Position numbers and translations under genes: made by a program
Notes under the pieces: model-generated
What the model saw: only the letters and a program-made list of their open reading frames with translations
Database searches by the model: none
What the model was told of the DNA's origin: nothing
NCBI GenBank assembly: GCA_963820825.1
Contig: CAWGBN010000002.1
Span: forward strand, 224,001-288,000
Direction: 5' to 3'
Source: Vulcanimicrobiota bacterium
GTDB taxonomy: Bacteria > Vulcanimicrobiota > Vulcanimicrobiia > Vulcanimicrobiales > Vulcanimicrobiaceae
Length of the DNA: 64,000 nt
In this document: piece after piece, positions 22,120 through 33,665 of the stretch
How the letters are laid out: the number at the start of each line of letters is the position of its first letter
Position numbering within the stretch: the first letter of the stretch is position 1

Positions 22120-22710
22120 ATGCAACTCTATCTGCGCGGACGTCTGCCGCACAACGGCGTTGCCGTAATCGGAAGCCGTACTCCACCACCCGCCGCCGCC
22201 GCCTTCGCCTACGAGCTCGCCTACGCACTCAACGAGCCGATCGTCGCCGGGCTCGCTCCGGGAATCGACGTTGCCGCGCATCGCGGCGCGATTGCGGCCG
22301 GCACTCCGACGGTGGCATTCGTCGGTTACGGTTTCGGTTGCACCGATCCGCCAGAACACGCCGAGCTCGAATCGCAGATCGTGGCCGCGGGCGGCGCGAT
22401 TGCAACGTTGCTTCCCCCGGGAACGCGCATCTCCGAAGAATCTCGGATCGAACGCGACCGCCTTCAGGCCGAACAGGCGCGCGCCGTCGTGCTCGTCTGC
22501 AGCGAGATCGGCGGCGGAGCGATGTATACGATGAAGTTTGCGCGCGAGCTTGGGCGACCGCGCTTCGCGGTCGAGCCGCCGCACGACGTGCGCGACGCGC
22601 CCGAGTGGAGCGGCAACCTCGCATGCATTCGTGACGGTGCCGCGCCGCTTCCGTTCGACGTGATCAAGGCGACCGAGGCAATAAAGGCGCTCGGCCTCGA
22701 CGTTACTTGA
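22120..22710 (+). CDS. Short DprA/Smf-like (SLOG Rossmann) protein
   Basis: VAVIGSR, IVAGLAPGIDVAAHRGA, ERDRLQA, GGAMYT. Lacks the SAM and wHTH domains. Confidence 0.8.
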   Translation: MQLYLRGRLPHNGVAVIGSRTPPPAAAAFAYELAYALNEPIVAGLAPGIDVAAHRGAIAAGTPTVAFVGYGFGCTDPPEHAELESQIVAAGGAIATLLPPGTRISEESRIERDRLQAEQARAVVLVCSEIGGGAMYTMKFARELGRPRFAVEPPHDVRDAPEWSGNLACIRDGAAPLPFDVIKATEAIKALGLDVT

Positions 22711-23728
22711 TCGCCGAGACCTCCTGCGTCGTGATTGGCGATACGTTGTTGCCCCACGAGGAGCGCACGTAGGTCGCGACGGCGGCGATGTCGCCGGCGG
22801 AGAGTTGCCCTCTCCACGACGGCATCATGTTGCGGCCCTGAACGATCGTGGTCAGCATCGTGGTCGGATTGTCGATGTTGACGTGCGGATTACCGGCGAG
22901 TGCCGGCCCGATTCCGCCGGCTCCGTTTGCGCCCGTGACAGGCAGCGCAGTTCTTTGCGTAGACCGAAGCCCCGACTTGAACCGATACCGGTGCTCCGGC
23001 CGCGGCAACTTCCTGCTCGGTCACCGGCGAGGCATTGTTGCTCCAGGCCGAGCGAACGTAGGTCGCCACCGAAGCGATATCGGCGTTGCTGAGCTGTCCT
23101 TTCCAGGTCGGCATTTGAGCGTTGTACGTCTTACCGTTGACGGTCAGCAGGCCGGTACGGCCGTTCACGATGACGGCGATCATCGTGCCGGGATCGGCGG
23201 CAGTGATGACCGGGTTTCCGGCGAGCGGCGGAAAGACGTCGGTACCTTGACCCGAGGATTGGTGACAGGTCGCGCAATGAGCGGCAAAAAGCGCTTCGCC
23301 ACTGAGCGCAATCGGTGCGCGTGCGACCGTTACCTGATCGGCAGAGACGGCCGGCGCGCTGTTTTCCCAGGCGGAACGGACGTAGGTCAGCACCGCTGCG
23401 ATCTCGGCATCGGAAAGATCGCGCCACGCGGGCATATTGCCGCCGTACTGCGCGCCGTTCACCGTAATCGGACCGGTTCGTGCCGTTCAGAACGGTCCGG
23501 ATCAGTGCGCCACTGTCGACCGCGTTGACGTCGGGATTTGCCCGCGAGCGGCGGGTAAGGGCCACCGCCCTGACCGTTGGCTTGATGACAAGCCGCGCAG
23601 TTGAGGGAGAAAGATCGCTTTACCGTCGGGCGGTTGGGCGCCCATCACCTTCCGTGGGAAACGGCTGCGAGAATCAATCCGCTGAGAACGATCCCGGCGA
23701 GATAGGCAAACCTAACGGTGCTGTTCAA
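22703..23728 (-). CDS. Periplasmic cytochrome c with three tandem class-I domains (frameshifted)
   Basis: Signal peptide after GGGAGG. Three CxxCH (NCAACH, HCATCH, NCAACH), each followed by an MP(A/T/S)W...LS..DIA.V.TYVRS(A/S)W.N segment. Confidence 0.82.
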
Positions 23729-23784
23729 GCGCGACCTCCCTCCAGCGGCACGTACTCCGCTTTACGAGAATCGACTTCGACGAC

Positions 23785-24977
23785 TTACATCACCAACCTG
23801 TTTGCGAGAGCGGCGGCCACAGCGGACCCAGTCGGCACGGCGAACCAGATCAGTCCGTTCCACGTCGGCTTTTGTCCGACGCCAAGGCCTCTTCGGCGTA
23901 GAGCATGATGAAGCGCGTTATGTGATAGGAAGCGTCGATGTTCCCGATCTGCGTGTGCGTGCCCAAGCCATCGTTGGTGAGCTGTTCGCCGACCGAGACG
24001 AGCGCTCGCTTACCGATATTATCGTAGAGTTCGTACGAGATGCCGTTGCTGCCCGACAGCGGGAAGGCCCGTACCTGGATTGCTGTCGTGATTCATCTGA
24101 TAGGTTGCGAGGAATCCGGGGAGCGCCGTTGACCGGGTCGCGCTGCGCGTAAAATCCGTTGCTGTAATACTGGTCGAAATCGCGCCTCGCTCAGCGGCCA
24201 TGAGCCGCGCGCGCCGTAGTAGCCGAACTCCAGCGGATTGCTTCGATTCGCGAACGCAAGTTTATACTGCAGCGTCTTGTCCTGGCCGCGAGTCGTATGC
24301 ATTGAAACCGTTGAGATCGGCGCCCGAGGTGACGTAGGCAATCTCTGCGTCGAGCGAGCCGCGCTCGATAGGCGAACTTGTATCCCCAGCGATTGCCATC
24401 CAGTTGGTAGGCGTGCTCGCCGACGGTGATCTCCGCCTGCGAGTTGCACCGTAAGGCCGCAGACGTCAAGCCACTGACTGAACTCGGACGGGGCCGGCAC
24501 TTCGAGCTTGCCCGCGAAGATGTGACCCGCACCGTTGAAAGAAGTTGTTGTAGGCAATCCACGCCGTGTCGAGACCGCCGGCCTCGACTCGCCTCCCAAA
24601 TCCATTGCTGCACGTGATAGGTCCATTCGCTCTTGGGAGTTCCGAAGGCACCGTCGGCGTGCAGTCCGAGATCGTCCCGATGTCCCACGACGCCGCGTTC
24701 GGCGTCTGCTGGCTGATAGCCGACGGGATAGTCTACCCATATCGGCGACTCGCGCTCCAACACGTGCGGATTCAGACCCGGCGTATCCCGTGCGCTGGAC
24801 CCAGCGCCCGTAGGCGTTGAGTGCGGGAATCTGAATGTGACAGTAGGAGCACGGTATGCCGTACGCCTGCGCAAAGTTCGGCATCGCCAGCGCCGGTTTA
24901 CACGCGGCAAAGACGATCGCGGCGAAGGCCGCAACCATAATGCTTGGACGAAGACCGATTTTGCTATGGACGTGCAT
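23785..24977 (-). CDS. Cyc2-like monoheme cytochrome c-porin fusion (frameshifted)
   Basis: Signal peptide, then MPNFAQAYGIPCSYCHIQIPALNAYG, followed by aromatic beta-strand-like segments. Confidence 0.7.
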
Positions 24978-25221
24978 CTGATATCTCCTAGCCGCTTATT
25001 ATGCCCTCGACTCTAGCGGCCGCCTGGGAAGATTACGGGAATCGGACCTTCTCAGAATCTTCTCCAGCAGCGGCACCTTGGAGAGCGAGTGGGGCGGCGG
25101 CTGCCCGAGCCAGGGCACGAAAGCCCAGCCTTGGCGGGGAAGCGGCAGAAGATGACGAAACTCACTCAGGACCCGGGGTATCCCCGGCCACACTCCAGCT
25201 ACTGCTTAAGGAGATCCACCT

Positions 25222-26296
25222 ATGCGATTGATATCGTCAGCACTGTGTACGACAGTCGCTGTGGCGTTGCTCGCGGGCTGCTCCGGCATGTCTCAGACTA
25301 CCCCATCTGCGCCGAGCAGCACCGGACAAACGCAATCTCGGTTCGACCATGGCAAGTATAAGCCCCATTGGGCCTATCCTGCCTCGCTCATTCCGCATCT
25401 GGGCGCTCCGCCCCGCTACCGTGAAGTGCTGCAGCGCTTCGCCAAGAAGCACGGGAACGACGGCGGCATCTATGCCACCGAGTTCCTTGGAACTTCCGCC
25501 TTTGGCTACCAGCACGTCAACACGGGCAACAACCCGCCCGAATGCTCCGTCGGACCGGTCTCCTATATCAACGGCGTCGCCGTTGACGGTAAGGGCAACC
25601 TGATCGATCCCGATGGCGGCACCCGCTCGGTCATCGTTTTCAGCGGTCCGGGAATGTGCGGCTCAGAAGCCGGCTACGTTCTCCGATCCGTACGGTCAGC
25701 CGTCCGACGCTTCGAGCGCCGACGCGGTGAACGGAACGATTGCCGTCGGTAACATCTTCGACAACAGCGGTCTCCCGGGCAGCATCTCGGTCTGCACGAT
25801 GTCCGGCGGCTGTACGGCCAACCTGACCTCCTCTTCGATGTACGAAGTCGCCGGCGTCGCCATGGACAACAGCGGCAACTGCTATGCTTCGGCAACGAAC
25901 TCGGGCGGCACGGCCACCCTCACCTACTTCGCCGGCTGCACCGGATCGGGACAACAGGCGACGGGCTTACATGAACACCTACTACGGCGGCTTGGACATT
26001 GACAAGAACGGCAACATCGTTGCCATCAGCGCCTTCGACAGCAATGTCTACGTGTACTCGGGTTGCAACCCGGCATGCACGCTCGTCGGCGGCCCCTTCC
26101 CGATGCACGGTGAAGCGGTCTTCGGACACCTGAACAAGCAGTCGATGACCTTCGCTCTGGCGACTTCGCCAACGGCGAGATCGACGTCTACTACTACAGC
26201 CCGAGCGCGCTCACGTATTGGTACAGCTTCAACAACGGTCTCAGCGCAAGCTACGACCCGGAAGGCTGTGCGTTCAACCCGCGTTCCACTCAGTAA
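25222..26296 (+). CDS. Lipoprotein with NHL/beta-propeller-like repeats (frameshifted)
   Basis: AAGGAG RBS, lipobox LLAGC, repeats GVAVDGKGNL / GVAMDNSGNC / GLDIDKNGNI. Confidence 0.78.
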
Positions 26297-26329
26297 CACT
26301 AGCGAAGACTAGCGTTTAGAAACGCTGCG

Positions 26330-26364
26330 AAAGAGGGTGACCGGTTCGACCGGTCGCCCTCTTT
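26330..26364. terminator. Bidirectional intrinsic terminator
   Basis: AAAGAGGGTGACCGGT-TCG-ACCGGTCGCCCTCTTT between convergent genes. Confidence 0.85.
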
Positions 26365-26369
26365 ATACT

Positions 26370-27904
26370 TTAGAGATCCGGCGCCAAGCCGACGTCGATC
26401 GAGGTCTCGAAGGTGCGGCTCCAAGGCAGCCCAATCGACATCGCGGCGATGTGATAGCCCGGATCGAGCTGAGGGAGAATTTCGGAGCGCATAACCCCAG
26501 AGCAACGCTCGTGTGCGCTGCGCGATTCGCGCGGCGGGCTCCGGCGCGAGCAGCGAATGATCGGTGACGCCCTCCAACGCGAGCGCTGCGTTGAGATCCG
26601 GCCGGACCTCGTCGTGAAACGCATAGTCGTCGAGAAACATCGGACGAAGGTGAACGTACGATGCGCCAGCGCGTCGTACGTGCGCATGCGTCGCCCGGCT
26701 CCGGCTGCTATCGCTTCGGCGAGCGCCGTCCCCACGGTGTTGGCATTCGTGTTCCAGGAAGAGTAGGCATCGAGTCTGGACGCGACTCCCGAGGCGAGAA
26801 TGCTTCCGCGCAAAATCGGCCTGCTCGCGCGTACGAGCCGAGATACGAGAGATCGGCCAACGCCGACGGATCGACCCGCTGCGGCATCGGCCGCGCATCG
26901 CCGCGGCGAAGGCGCGTCGTCTTGCGCCGGACGTCGTTCCGGGAACGCGGACGTAGAGCACGATCTCAGGGTGCGCGTCGTCGCGAATGCCGCCGCAGAC
27001 GTCGATCAGGGCCTCGATCGCCGTCGGAGATCGGCGCGTACTCGATCGGATCCTGATACGCTCGCGCCGTCGGGCGTCGAGTAGCGAACGGCGACGCGCG
27101 GCGCCACCGCGCCGCGCGCGCGATCGCGTGCGCGACCAGCGCCATGCCCAGCTCGTCGGCGCCGGGCTCGATCGAGACGCGGCTCTGCGAGTCGAGGCCG
27201 CCGCCAGATCGGATTGCAGCAGCGCGACGTCGGGCACGTGCAGCCCGACCGGACCGGCGTCGTCCTGCCCGAGCACGAGCCGATCGATCGCGCCCGCGGA
27301 CAGTGAGCTTGAGCAGGAGCCGGTCGACGGCGAGATTGCGGGCGCGCGTCGCGAGATACGCGTCGAGCGTCGCGGGCCCGATCAGGTCGCGCAGTTGCGC
27401 CGCGCGCGCCGTCTTCGCTCGGCAGCAGCGGATCGTGCAGGTTCGCATACTCTTGCAAGTACGCCCAAATGGGATAGGCGCGCAAAGAACGGCGTGCCGG
27501 CCGGAATGCCGGTCGGCGCGAGACGCATGATCGTGCCGAACGCGCCGATCCACGCGTGCGGCGATTCGCGCGCGCAGATGCGCCAGTTCGCGCAGGCGCG
27601 AGTAGGCATCGACGTACGTCGCGCCCGGCACGCGCGAGGCGATCAATCCGCCGTAGGCCAGCATGTCGGTCGAGACGACGAAGGCGTCGGGCCGGCGATT
27701 CGTCGTCTCGCGATTGAGCCACCGAATCAGCGCGTCGGAACGCCCGGCTTCGAGGAATCGCCCGAGCAGCGCGTGCGGCGGCGCGTCGCACCGGTACGCC
27801 GGCGATGCGCCCGAGCATCACCGGAAGCTGCGCCGTCACCGGCCGGTCGTCGATCGGAACGAATGCGATCGTCGCCAGCAACGCAGCGCAGCGAGTCCGA
27901 TCAA
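26370..27904 (-). CDS. DUF4127 family protein (frameshifted)
   Basis: [54 protein letters not shown]. Confidence 0.75.
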
Positions 27905-28797
27905 AGCAGGGCTCGCAGCGATCCGCCGCGCCGCGTCGAGCAGCGTCGCGCGCCGTCGCGGCGTCGACGTCCGCGGCGCTCCATGACGATCGCGACTTTG
28001 ACGCGCCCTTCGGCGGCATCGATCAACTCGGCCGCCGCGCGCGTGCGTCGACCTCCGGCCAACTCGGCGATCATGCGTAGCGCGCGAGCGCGCAGCTTTG
28101 CGTTCGACGCGACGAGATCGACCATCAGATTGTCGTGCACCTTCCCCAAGCGAACCATCACCGCGGTCGAGATTGCGTTGAGCGCAATCTTCTGCGCGGT
28201 CCCGGCCTTCATGCGCGTCGATCCGGCCAGCGCTTCCGCACCCGTGTCGAAGACGATCGCGGCCTCGGCCGTCGCGCGCGAGCGGCGAATCGGCGACGCC
28301 GTGAGCGCGAGCGTATACGCGCCGAGCTCGCGTGCGCGCTTCGATCGCCGGCGACCACGAAAGCCGCGCCTCCGCTCGCCGAGATCCCGATCGACCGCAT
28401 CGTCGCCCTTCGCGCATGCGCCGCATCAGCGCCGCGCCGGCCTCACCGTCGTCTTCGGCGCCTTCGACCGAACGCGTTACCGCCGCCGGACCGCCGGCGA
28501 CATGCGCGCACACCAGCTCGGGCGGCGTTCCAAACGTCGGAGGCATCTCGGCCGCATCGAGCACGGCGAGCCGCCCGCTGCTCCCGGCGCCGACGTAGTG
28601 CAGCGTGCCGCCGCGCGAAGACGCGCGGCGATTGCGTCGACCGCATCGGCGATCGCTTCGGTCTGCGCGAGGACGGCCTCCACGGCCGTCGCGCTGCTCG
28701 CCGACGAGCAGTTCGACGAGCGCGGGCGTGCTCGACCGAGTCGAGACCGGCACTGCGCTGGTTGCGCGCGTTCGGTCGAAGGAAGATCGGCGCTCAT
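27901..28797 (-). CDS. murQ: N-acetylmuramic acid 6-phosphate etherase (frameshifted)
   Basis: [49 protein letters not shown]. Confidence 0.9.
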
Positions 28798-29953
28798 TCG
28801 AGATGCGCGCATTCGCCGGCGATCTCGCCGAGCAACGTCGCGCAGCTCGTACGGAGCGATCGCTCCGAGGCACGACCGGATGCGCCGCGCCCGTCGCGGC
28901 CGGGACGTTTGACGCGCGGCCGCGCAGCGTCTCGTAACCGAGTACGGCAAACGCCATCGCTTCTTTTGCATCGCGCCGGAAGGCCCATCGCGTCGGAGGT
29001 TTCGACGCGCGCGCCGTCGAGCCGTGCCGCGAGCCGGCGCATCAGCGCCGCGTTGCGCGCGCCGCCACCGCTGACGACGACGCGTGCGCGCGCGAATCCC
29101 GCTCGTTCGACCGCCTCTGCGATCGAACGCCGCGGTCAGCTCCGTCAGCGTCGCCGCGCCGTCTTCGAGCGAGAGCCGGTCGAGCGCGCCGCTATGCCGG
29201 AATAGGAACTGGCGCGCCGAAACGCTCGCGTCCGGTCGTCTTCGGCGGCACCGCTGCGAAGTACTCATCCGCGAGGATCGCTTCGAGGAGCTGGGGATCG
29301 ACGCGCCCCTCGGCGGCGAGCGTGCCGTCTTCGTCGAAGGTGCGCGCCCCCGCGTGCGTTCCCGGACGAACGCATCGATCAAGCATATTCGCCGGCCCGG
29401 TATCGAAGGCGATCGCCTCCGCCGCGCTCGCACCGGCGCCGAGCAAGGTAACGTTCGCGATCCCGCCGAGGTTGAGCGCGACGCGATCCTCATCCTCGCT
29501 CGCAAGGAGCAGCGCGTCGACGCGCGCGACGAGCGGCGCGCCCTGACCGCCGGCCGCGCAATCGGCGCTGCGAAAATCGTAACAGACGGTTCTTTTCAAC
29601 GCTTCGCGGATCACGAACGCGTCGCCGAGTTGCAGCGTCACGCGCGCCGCGCCGTCGTGCCAGAGCGTCTGGCCGTGCGAGGCGACGAATCCGATCGGCT
29701 CGTCGAGGGCGACGGCGCGAGCGGCGCGCGCGTAGGCCGTTCCCAGCGCGCGATGAAGACGCGCCGCAGCGGCAACCGTGCCGGCGTGCGGCGGGAGCGC
29801 CGCGAGGAGCGCATCGTGCAGCTCGGAATCGAACGGATCCATGCGAAAGCGCAAGAGCTTGACCGCATAGCTCTGCCCGCGAGGAAGAATTTCGACGAGC
29901 GCCGCGTCGACGCCGTCGAGCGAGGTTCCGCTCATCAGACCGACGGCACGCAT
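28794..29953 (-). CDS. anmK: Anhydro-N-acetylmuramic acid kinase (frameshifted)
   Basis: [45 protein letters not shown]. Confidence 0.92.
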
Positions 29954-30954
29954 TCGATCATCGCTTCGTAAAAACGCGAACGAACGTCGCGCGTCTCCGC
30001 ACGGCCGAAGTAGACGGCGTTGGTTAAGAGCACGCCCTGCACGTCGCGCCGCGGATCGGCCCAGACGCAGGTGCCGACGAAACCGGTGTGTCCGAACGAC
30101 GTACGATCCATCAATCGGCCGCAGGAGTTCTCGTCGTTCGTTTTGAGCGCCCACCCGAGGCCGCGTCGCAGAACGGGATCGTCGGCCTGCTGCGATATGG
30201 CTTCGCGCACGATCGATTCGGGAAGGCGCGCGCATCGACGCCCGAGCAACGTTCCGAGATAGCACTCGGTAAGCGCGGCGACGTCGGCGGCCGTGCCGAA
30301 GAGTCCGGCGTGTCCGGCGACGCCGCCCATCAGGTAGGCCTTTTCGTCGTGAACGAAGCCCTGCACGCGTCCGCGCCAGTCGTCGTCTTCAGTCGCGGGA
30401 ATCGAAGACCGCAGCGCAGCGCGCGGGCGATAGGTCAGCGTCGGCGAGAAGGATCGCGGCGAGCGCCGCAAGCGATCGTCCGGCGATCCTCTCGACGACG
30501 GCACCCGCAGCAATGAATCCGAGATCGCTGTAGATCACCCGATCGCCCGGGGGCGCGATCAACTCCGAGCGCAGCGCGAATCGCTCGACGTTCTCGTCGA
30601 CGATCGTGCGGTAATCGGCACCCGAGTTCATGCCCGACGTATGGGCGAGCAGCATTCGCGCGGTGATCGCACGGTGCGCTCCGCGGTTCCATTCGGGAAG
30701 TATGCGGACGAGCGGCTCGTCGAGTGCGAGCGCTCCGGCCGCAACCCGCTCCAGAGCAGCGTCGCTACGAAGAGTTTCGTCAGCGAGGCGAGATCGAAGA
30801 GCGTATCGGCGTAGACCGGACGTGCGAGAGCGTCGGCGCGAGTTTGGCCGAGCGCGCGCTCGTAGACAACGCATCCGCGACGTTCGATGCGCGCCGTGAC
30901 CGCGGTGAATTCGGCTCCGCAAGCCTGCTCGAGCAAGGCGTCTATGCGATTCAT
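29935..30954 (-). CDS. Serine hydrolase, beta-lactamase/AmiE-like (frameshifted)
   Basis: FDLASLTK (SxxK), LLAHTSG, YSDLGF, VHDE, GHAGLF, GHTGFVGT. Confidence 0.85.
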
Positions 30955-32396
30955 ATCGGGAGACGTCCGCGCGGCATGCTGCCGCCGAAGATGACGTCGG
31001 CGAGGCCGCCGAGCGAGACGGCGGTATCGCCGCAGGTTGCCAGCAGATGGCGCGCGCTGCCAAAGAGCGGGACGTCGAAGGGCTCGAGCAGCGAGACGAC
31101 GAGGGCGTCGGGATGGCGGTCGATGATGCGAGCGATCGCTCCGGCTTGCGCGCCATGTCGATGGGCGCGGCGTGCCAAGATCAAGGGACGGCGACGACAG
31201 CGCGCAATCTCGGCGAGGATCGATTCCGTCTCCGCAGGCGGCGGATCGATCGAGGCGTCCCACTCTGCTAAAGCCGGCGCCTCGCGCTGCAAGTGCTTGC
31301 CGCTCCCGCCGAAAGCTACCGCGATGGATGCGAGCGGATCGGCGTGCGGGATGCCGCGCACGAGCGTCACCGCGCGACGCGCGATTTCGCGCCCAATCCC
31401 TTCGTGCGGCGCAAATGCATCGAGCGGTAGCGGCGGCGAACCAGTTTCGCGCAAGCACGTCACGCGCGCGTACGCTTCTTCGAGCCGCGCGAGCGGTAGG
31501 CGTCCGTCGTCGGCTGCCGCGGCGATCGCGGCCGCGGCGGCGGCGGGCAACTCTGGATCGTGACTGAAGGTCAGCAGGTCGGCACCCGCGGCCAGAGCTT
31601 CGACCGCGCCGACAACCGAGCTGCGGGGCGCGATCGCGCTCATCTCCAGACAATCGGTGAGCAACGTGCCGGCGAATCCGAGTTCGCCGCGCAGCAGTTC
31701 GGAGAGGACCGCGCGCGAGAGCGTCGCCGGACGTTGCGAATCGAGCGCCCGCAGCAATACGTGGGCGCTCATCATCGCGAGTGCCTCGCGCGCTACGGAT
31801 GCGAACGGGACGAGATCGCGAGCGCGCAGCGTCGCCGAATCGACCTCGACGATCGGAAGCGATTGGTGCGAATCGACGGCGGTCGCACCGTGCCCCGGAA
31901 AGTGCTTGAAACACGGCTGCACGCCCGATTCGCGCAGCCCGCGAGCGAGCGCCGCTCCCAGGGAGGCGACTCGCTGCGGATCGGCACCGAACGAGCGCGT
32001 CCCGATCACGGCGTTCTCCGGCTCGAGTGCCAAGTCGAGTACCGGAGCGCAATCGAGCGTACATCCGGCACGCCGCAGGTCGAAGCCGATCTGAACGCCG
32101 GCGAATCGTGCCAGCTCGAGATCGCCGGCCGCACCCAACGCCATCATCGACGGCATCGGCTCGACACCGGCGCGCAAACGCGCGACCGGGCCGCCCTCCT
32201 GGTCGATCGCAATCACCGGCACGAGCGCACCGCCACGCGCGCGCAGCGCGTCGGTCACTGCGCGAACCTCTTGCAGCGACGCGTTCTCCTCGGGGAAGAG
32301 GAGATAGCCTCCGTAGTGCGGTTCGGGGAGCCTCGCGTTCGAGCCGGCGACGCCGGCCATGATGACGCCGCGTGCGAGTGCGAGCGTATCGCTCAC
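30951..32396 (-). CDS. nagZ: Beta-N-acetylhexosaminidase (GH3)
   Basis: IDQEGG, KHFPGHGATAVDSH, MSAH, TDCLEM. Confidence 0.92.
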   Translation of the reverse strand: MSDTLALARGVIMAGVAGSNARLPEPHYGGYLLFPEENASLQEVRAVTDALRARGGALVPVIAIDQEGGPVARLRAGVEPMPSMMALGAAGDLELARFAGVQIGFDLRRAGCTLDCAPVLDLALEPENAVIGTRSFGADPQRVASLGAALARGLRESGVQPCFKHFPGHGATAVDSHQSLPIVEVDSATLRARDLVPFASVAREALAMMSAHVLLRALDSQRPATLSRAVLSELLRGELGFAGTLLTDCLEMSAIAPRSSVVGAVEALAAGADLLTFSHDPELPAAAAAAIAAAADDGRLPLARLEEAYARVTCLRETGSPPLPLDAFAPHEGIGREIARRAVTLVRGIPHADPLASIAVAFGGSGKHLQREAPALAEWDASIDPPPAETESILAEIARCRRRPLILARRAHRHGAQAGAIARIIDRHPDALVVSLLEPFDVPLFGSARHLLATCGDTAVSLGGLADVIFGGSMPRGRLPI

Positions 32397-33361
32397 GCGA
32401 CGGCGCGTCCGGTCTGCGGATCGAAGCGCCGCACCGATTCCGCGGGCAGGTCGAGCGCGATTCGATCGCCGACGCGCGCCGGCTCCGACGCGGGAACGCG
32501 CACTGCGAGCCGGCCGCGCCCGGTCTCGACTTCGAGAAATGCGTCGGCGCCGGTGCTTTCGCGGCGCACGACCGATCCGCTCAGCGTACCGTCCGGACGC
32601 AGTCGAATGCGCTCGGGCCGGATTCCGGCGATCGTTCCGCGATCTTCGAAGAGATTCATCGGACGCTCGCCGAGAAAGCGCGCGACGACCAGCGACCGCG
32701 GCGAATCGTAGACGCGTTGCGGTTCGCCGACGTCCTCGATCCGGCCGTTTACCAGCACGGCTAGCAGATCGCCCACCCCCATCGCCTCGGCGTGATCGTG
32801 CGTCACGTAAAGGATCGGTCCGGTAAATCGTTGGCGCACGCCGATCACTTCGTCACGCACCGAGCGGCGCAGCGCGGGATCCAGATGCGCGAGCGGCTCG
32901 TCGAGGAGCAGCGCAAGCGGATCGGAGAGCAGCGCTCGCGCGATCGACGCACGTTGACGCTCGCCGCCTGAGAGCTGCCGCGGGCGCCGGTCCAGATGCT
33001 TGGCGACGTGAAGCGCTGCCGCCGTCGCCGCGAGGTGCTCGTCGGTGCCTTGGCGGTGTCGCAGAGCGAAGCGAAGATTCTCACGCACGCTCATGTTTGC
33101 AAAGAGTGCGTCGTCCTGCGCGACGAGCGCGATTCTGCGCCGCTGCGGCGGCTCGCCGGCCACTGAGCGGCCATCGAGACGCACGTCGCCGCTGCGCGCG
33201 CGCAGCAGACCCGCGACAACGCGCAGCAAGGTCGTCTTTCCCGCGCCCGAGGGACCAACGACGGCCAGCGTCGTGCCCTGCGGAACCTCGAGTGAGACTC
33301 GATCGAGCGCACGGCGCGCTTCGTCTCCAAAATGAAAGGTCAGCTCGGTGGTCGAGAGCAC
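32393..33361 (-). CDS. ABC transporter ATP-binding protein (MalK/PotA-like, TOBE domain)
   Basis: GPSGAGKT, LSGGERQR, LLLDEP, YVTHD. Confidence 0.92.
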   Translation of the reverse strand: MLSTTELTFHFGDEARRALDRVSLEVPQGTTLAVVGPSGAGKTTLLRVVAGLLRARSGDVRLDGRSVAGEPPQRRRIALVAQDDALFANMSVRENLRFALRHRQGTDEHLAATAAALHVAKHLDRRPRQLSGGERQRASIARALLSDPLALLLDEPLAHLDPALRRSVRDEVIGVRQRFTGPILYVTHDHAEAMGVGDLLAVLVNGRIEDVGEPQRVYDSPRSLVVARFLGERPMNLFEDRGTIAGIRPERIRLRPDGTLSGSVVRRESTGADAFLEVETGRGRLAVRVPASEPARVGDRIALDLPAESVRRFDPQTGRAVA

Positions 33362-33663
33362 TATTGCGCGCGCCGATCCAGGCTCCGATACTCCTCGCGC
33401 GCCGCCGCGTCGCCGGTGCGCGCGCGGGTTACGACGTCGCGAAGCCAGGTAACCGTCGCGTCGTCGGCCTTCCTGCCCGCAAGAACCAAGCGCAGGGCGA
33501 TCAACGCGAGATCCGGCGTCCGCGCTCCCAGTCGCGCCAATCCCTCGTAGAAGGGCGATGCGCCCTCCGCTTGCGGGCGCCGTTCGAGCAAGGCTCGCAC
33601 CACCTCCGATTTCGAAGGCTCACCGTCGAGAAGATAGCCGTCGAGCAACTCGAAGTCCATCAC
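33361..33663 (-). CDS. Hypothetical protein
   Basis: 100-aa ORF abutting the ABC ATPase start, plausible helical composition. Confidence 0.6.
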   Translation of the reverse strand: MMDFELLDGYLLDGEPSKSEVVRALLERRPQAEGASPFYEGLARLGARTPDLALIALRLVLAGRKADDATVTWLRDVVTRARTGDAAAREEYRSLDRRAQ

Positions 33664-33665
33664 TC

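Noticed and set aside
22703..30954. Frameshifts in the cytochrome, lipoprotein and murQ/anmK genes as decay or programmed frameshifting
   Set aside because: Same patchy indel pattern with no slippery-site/stem architecture. Treated as assembly error.
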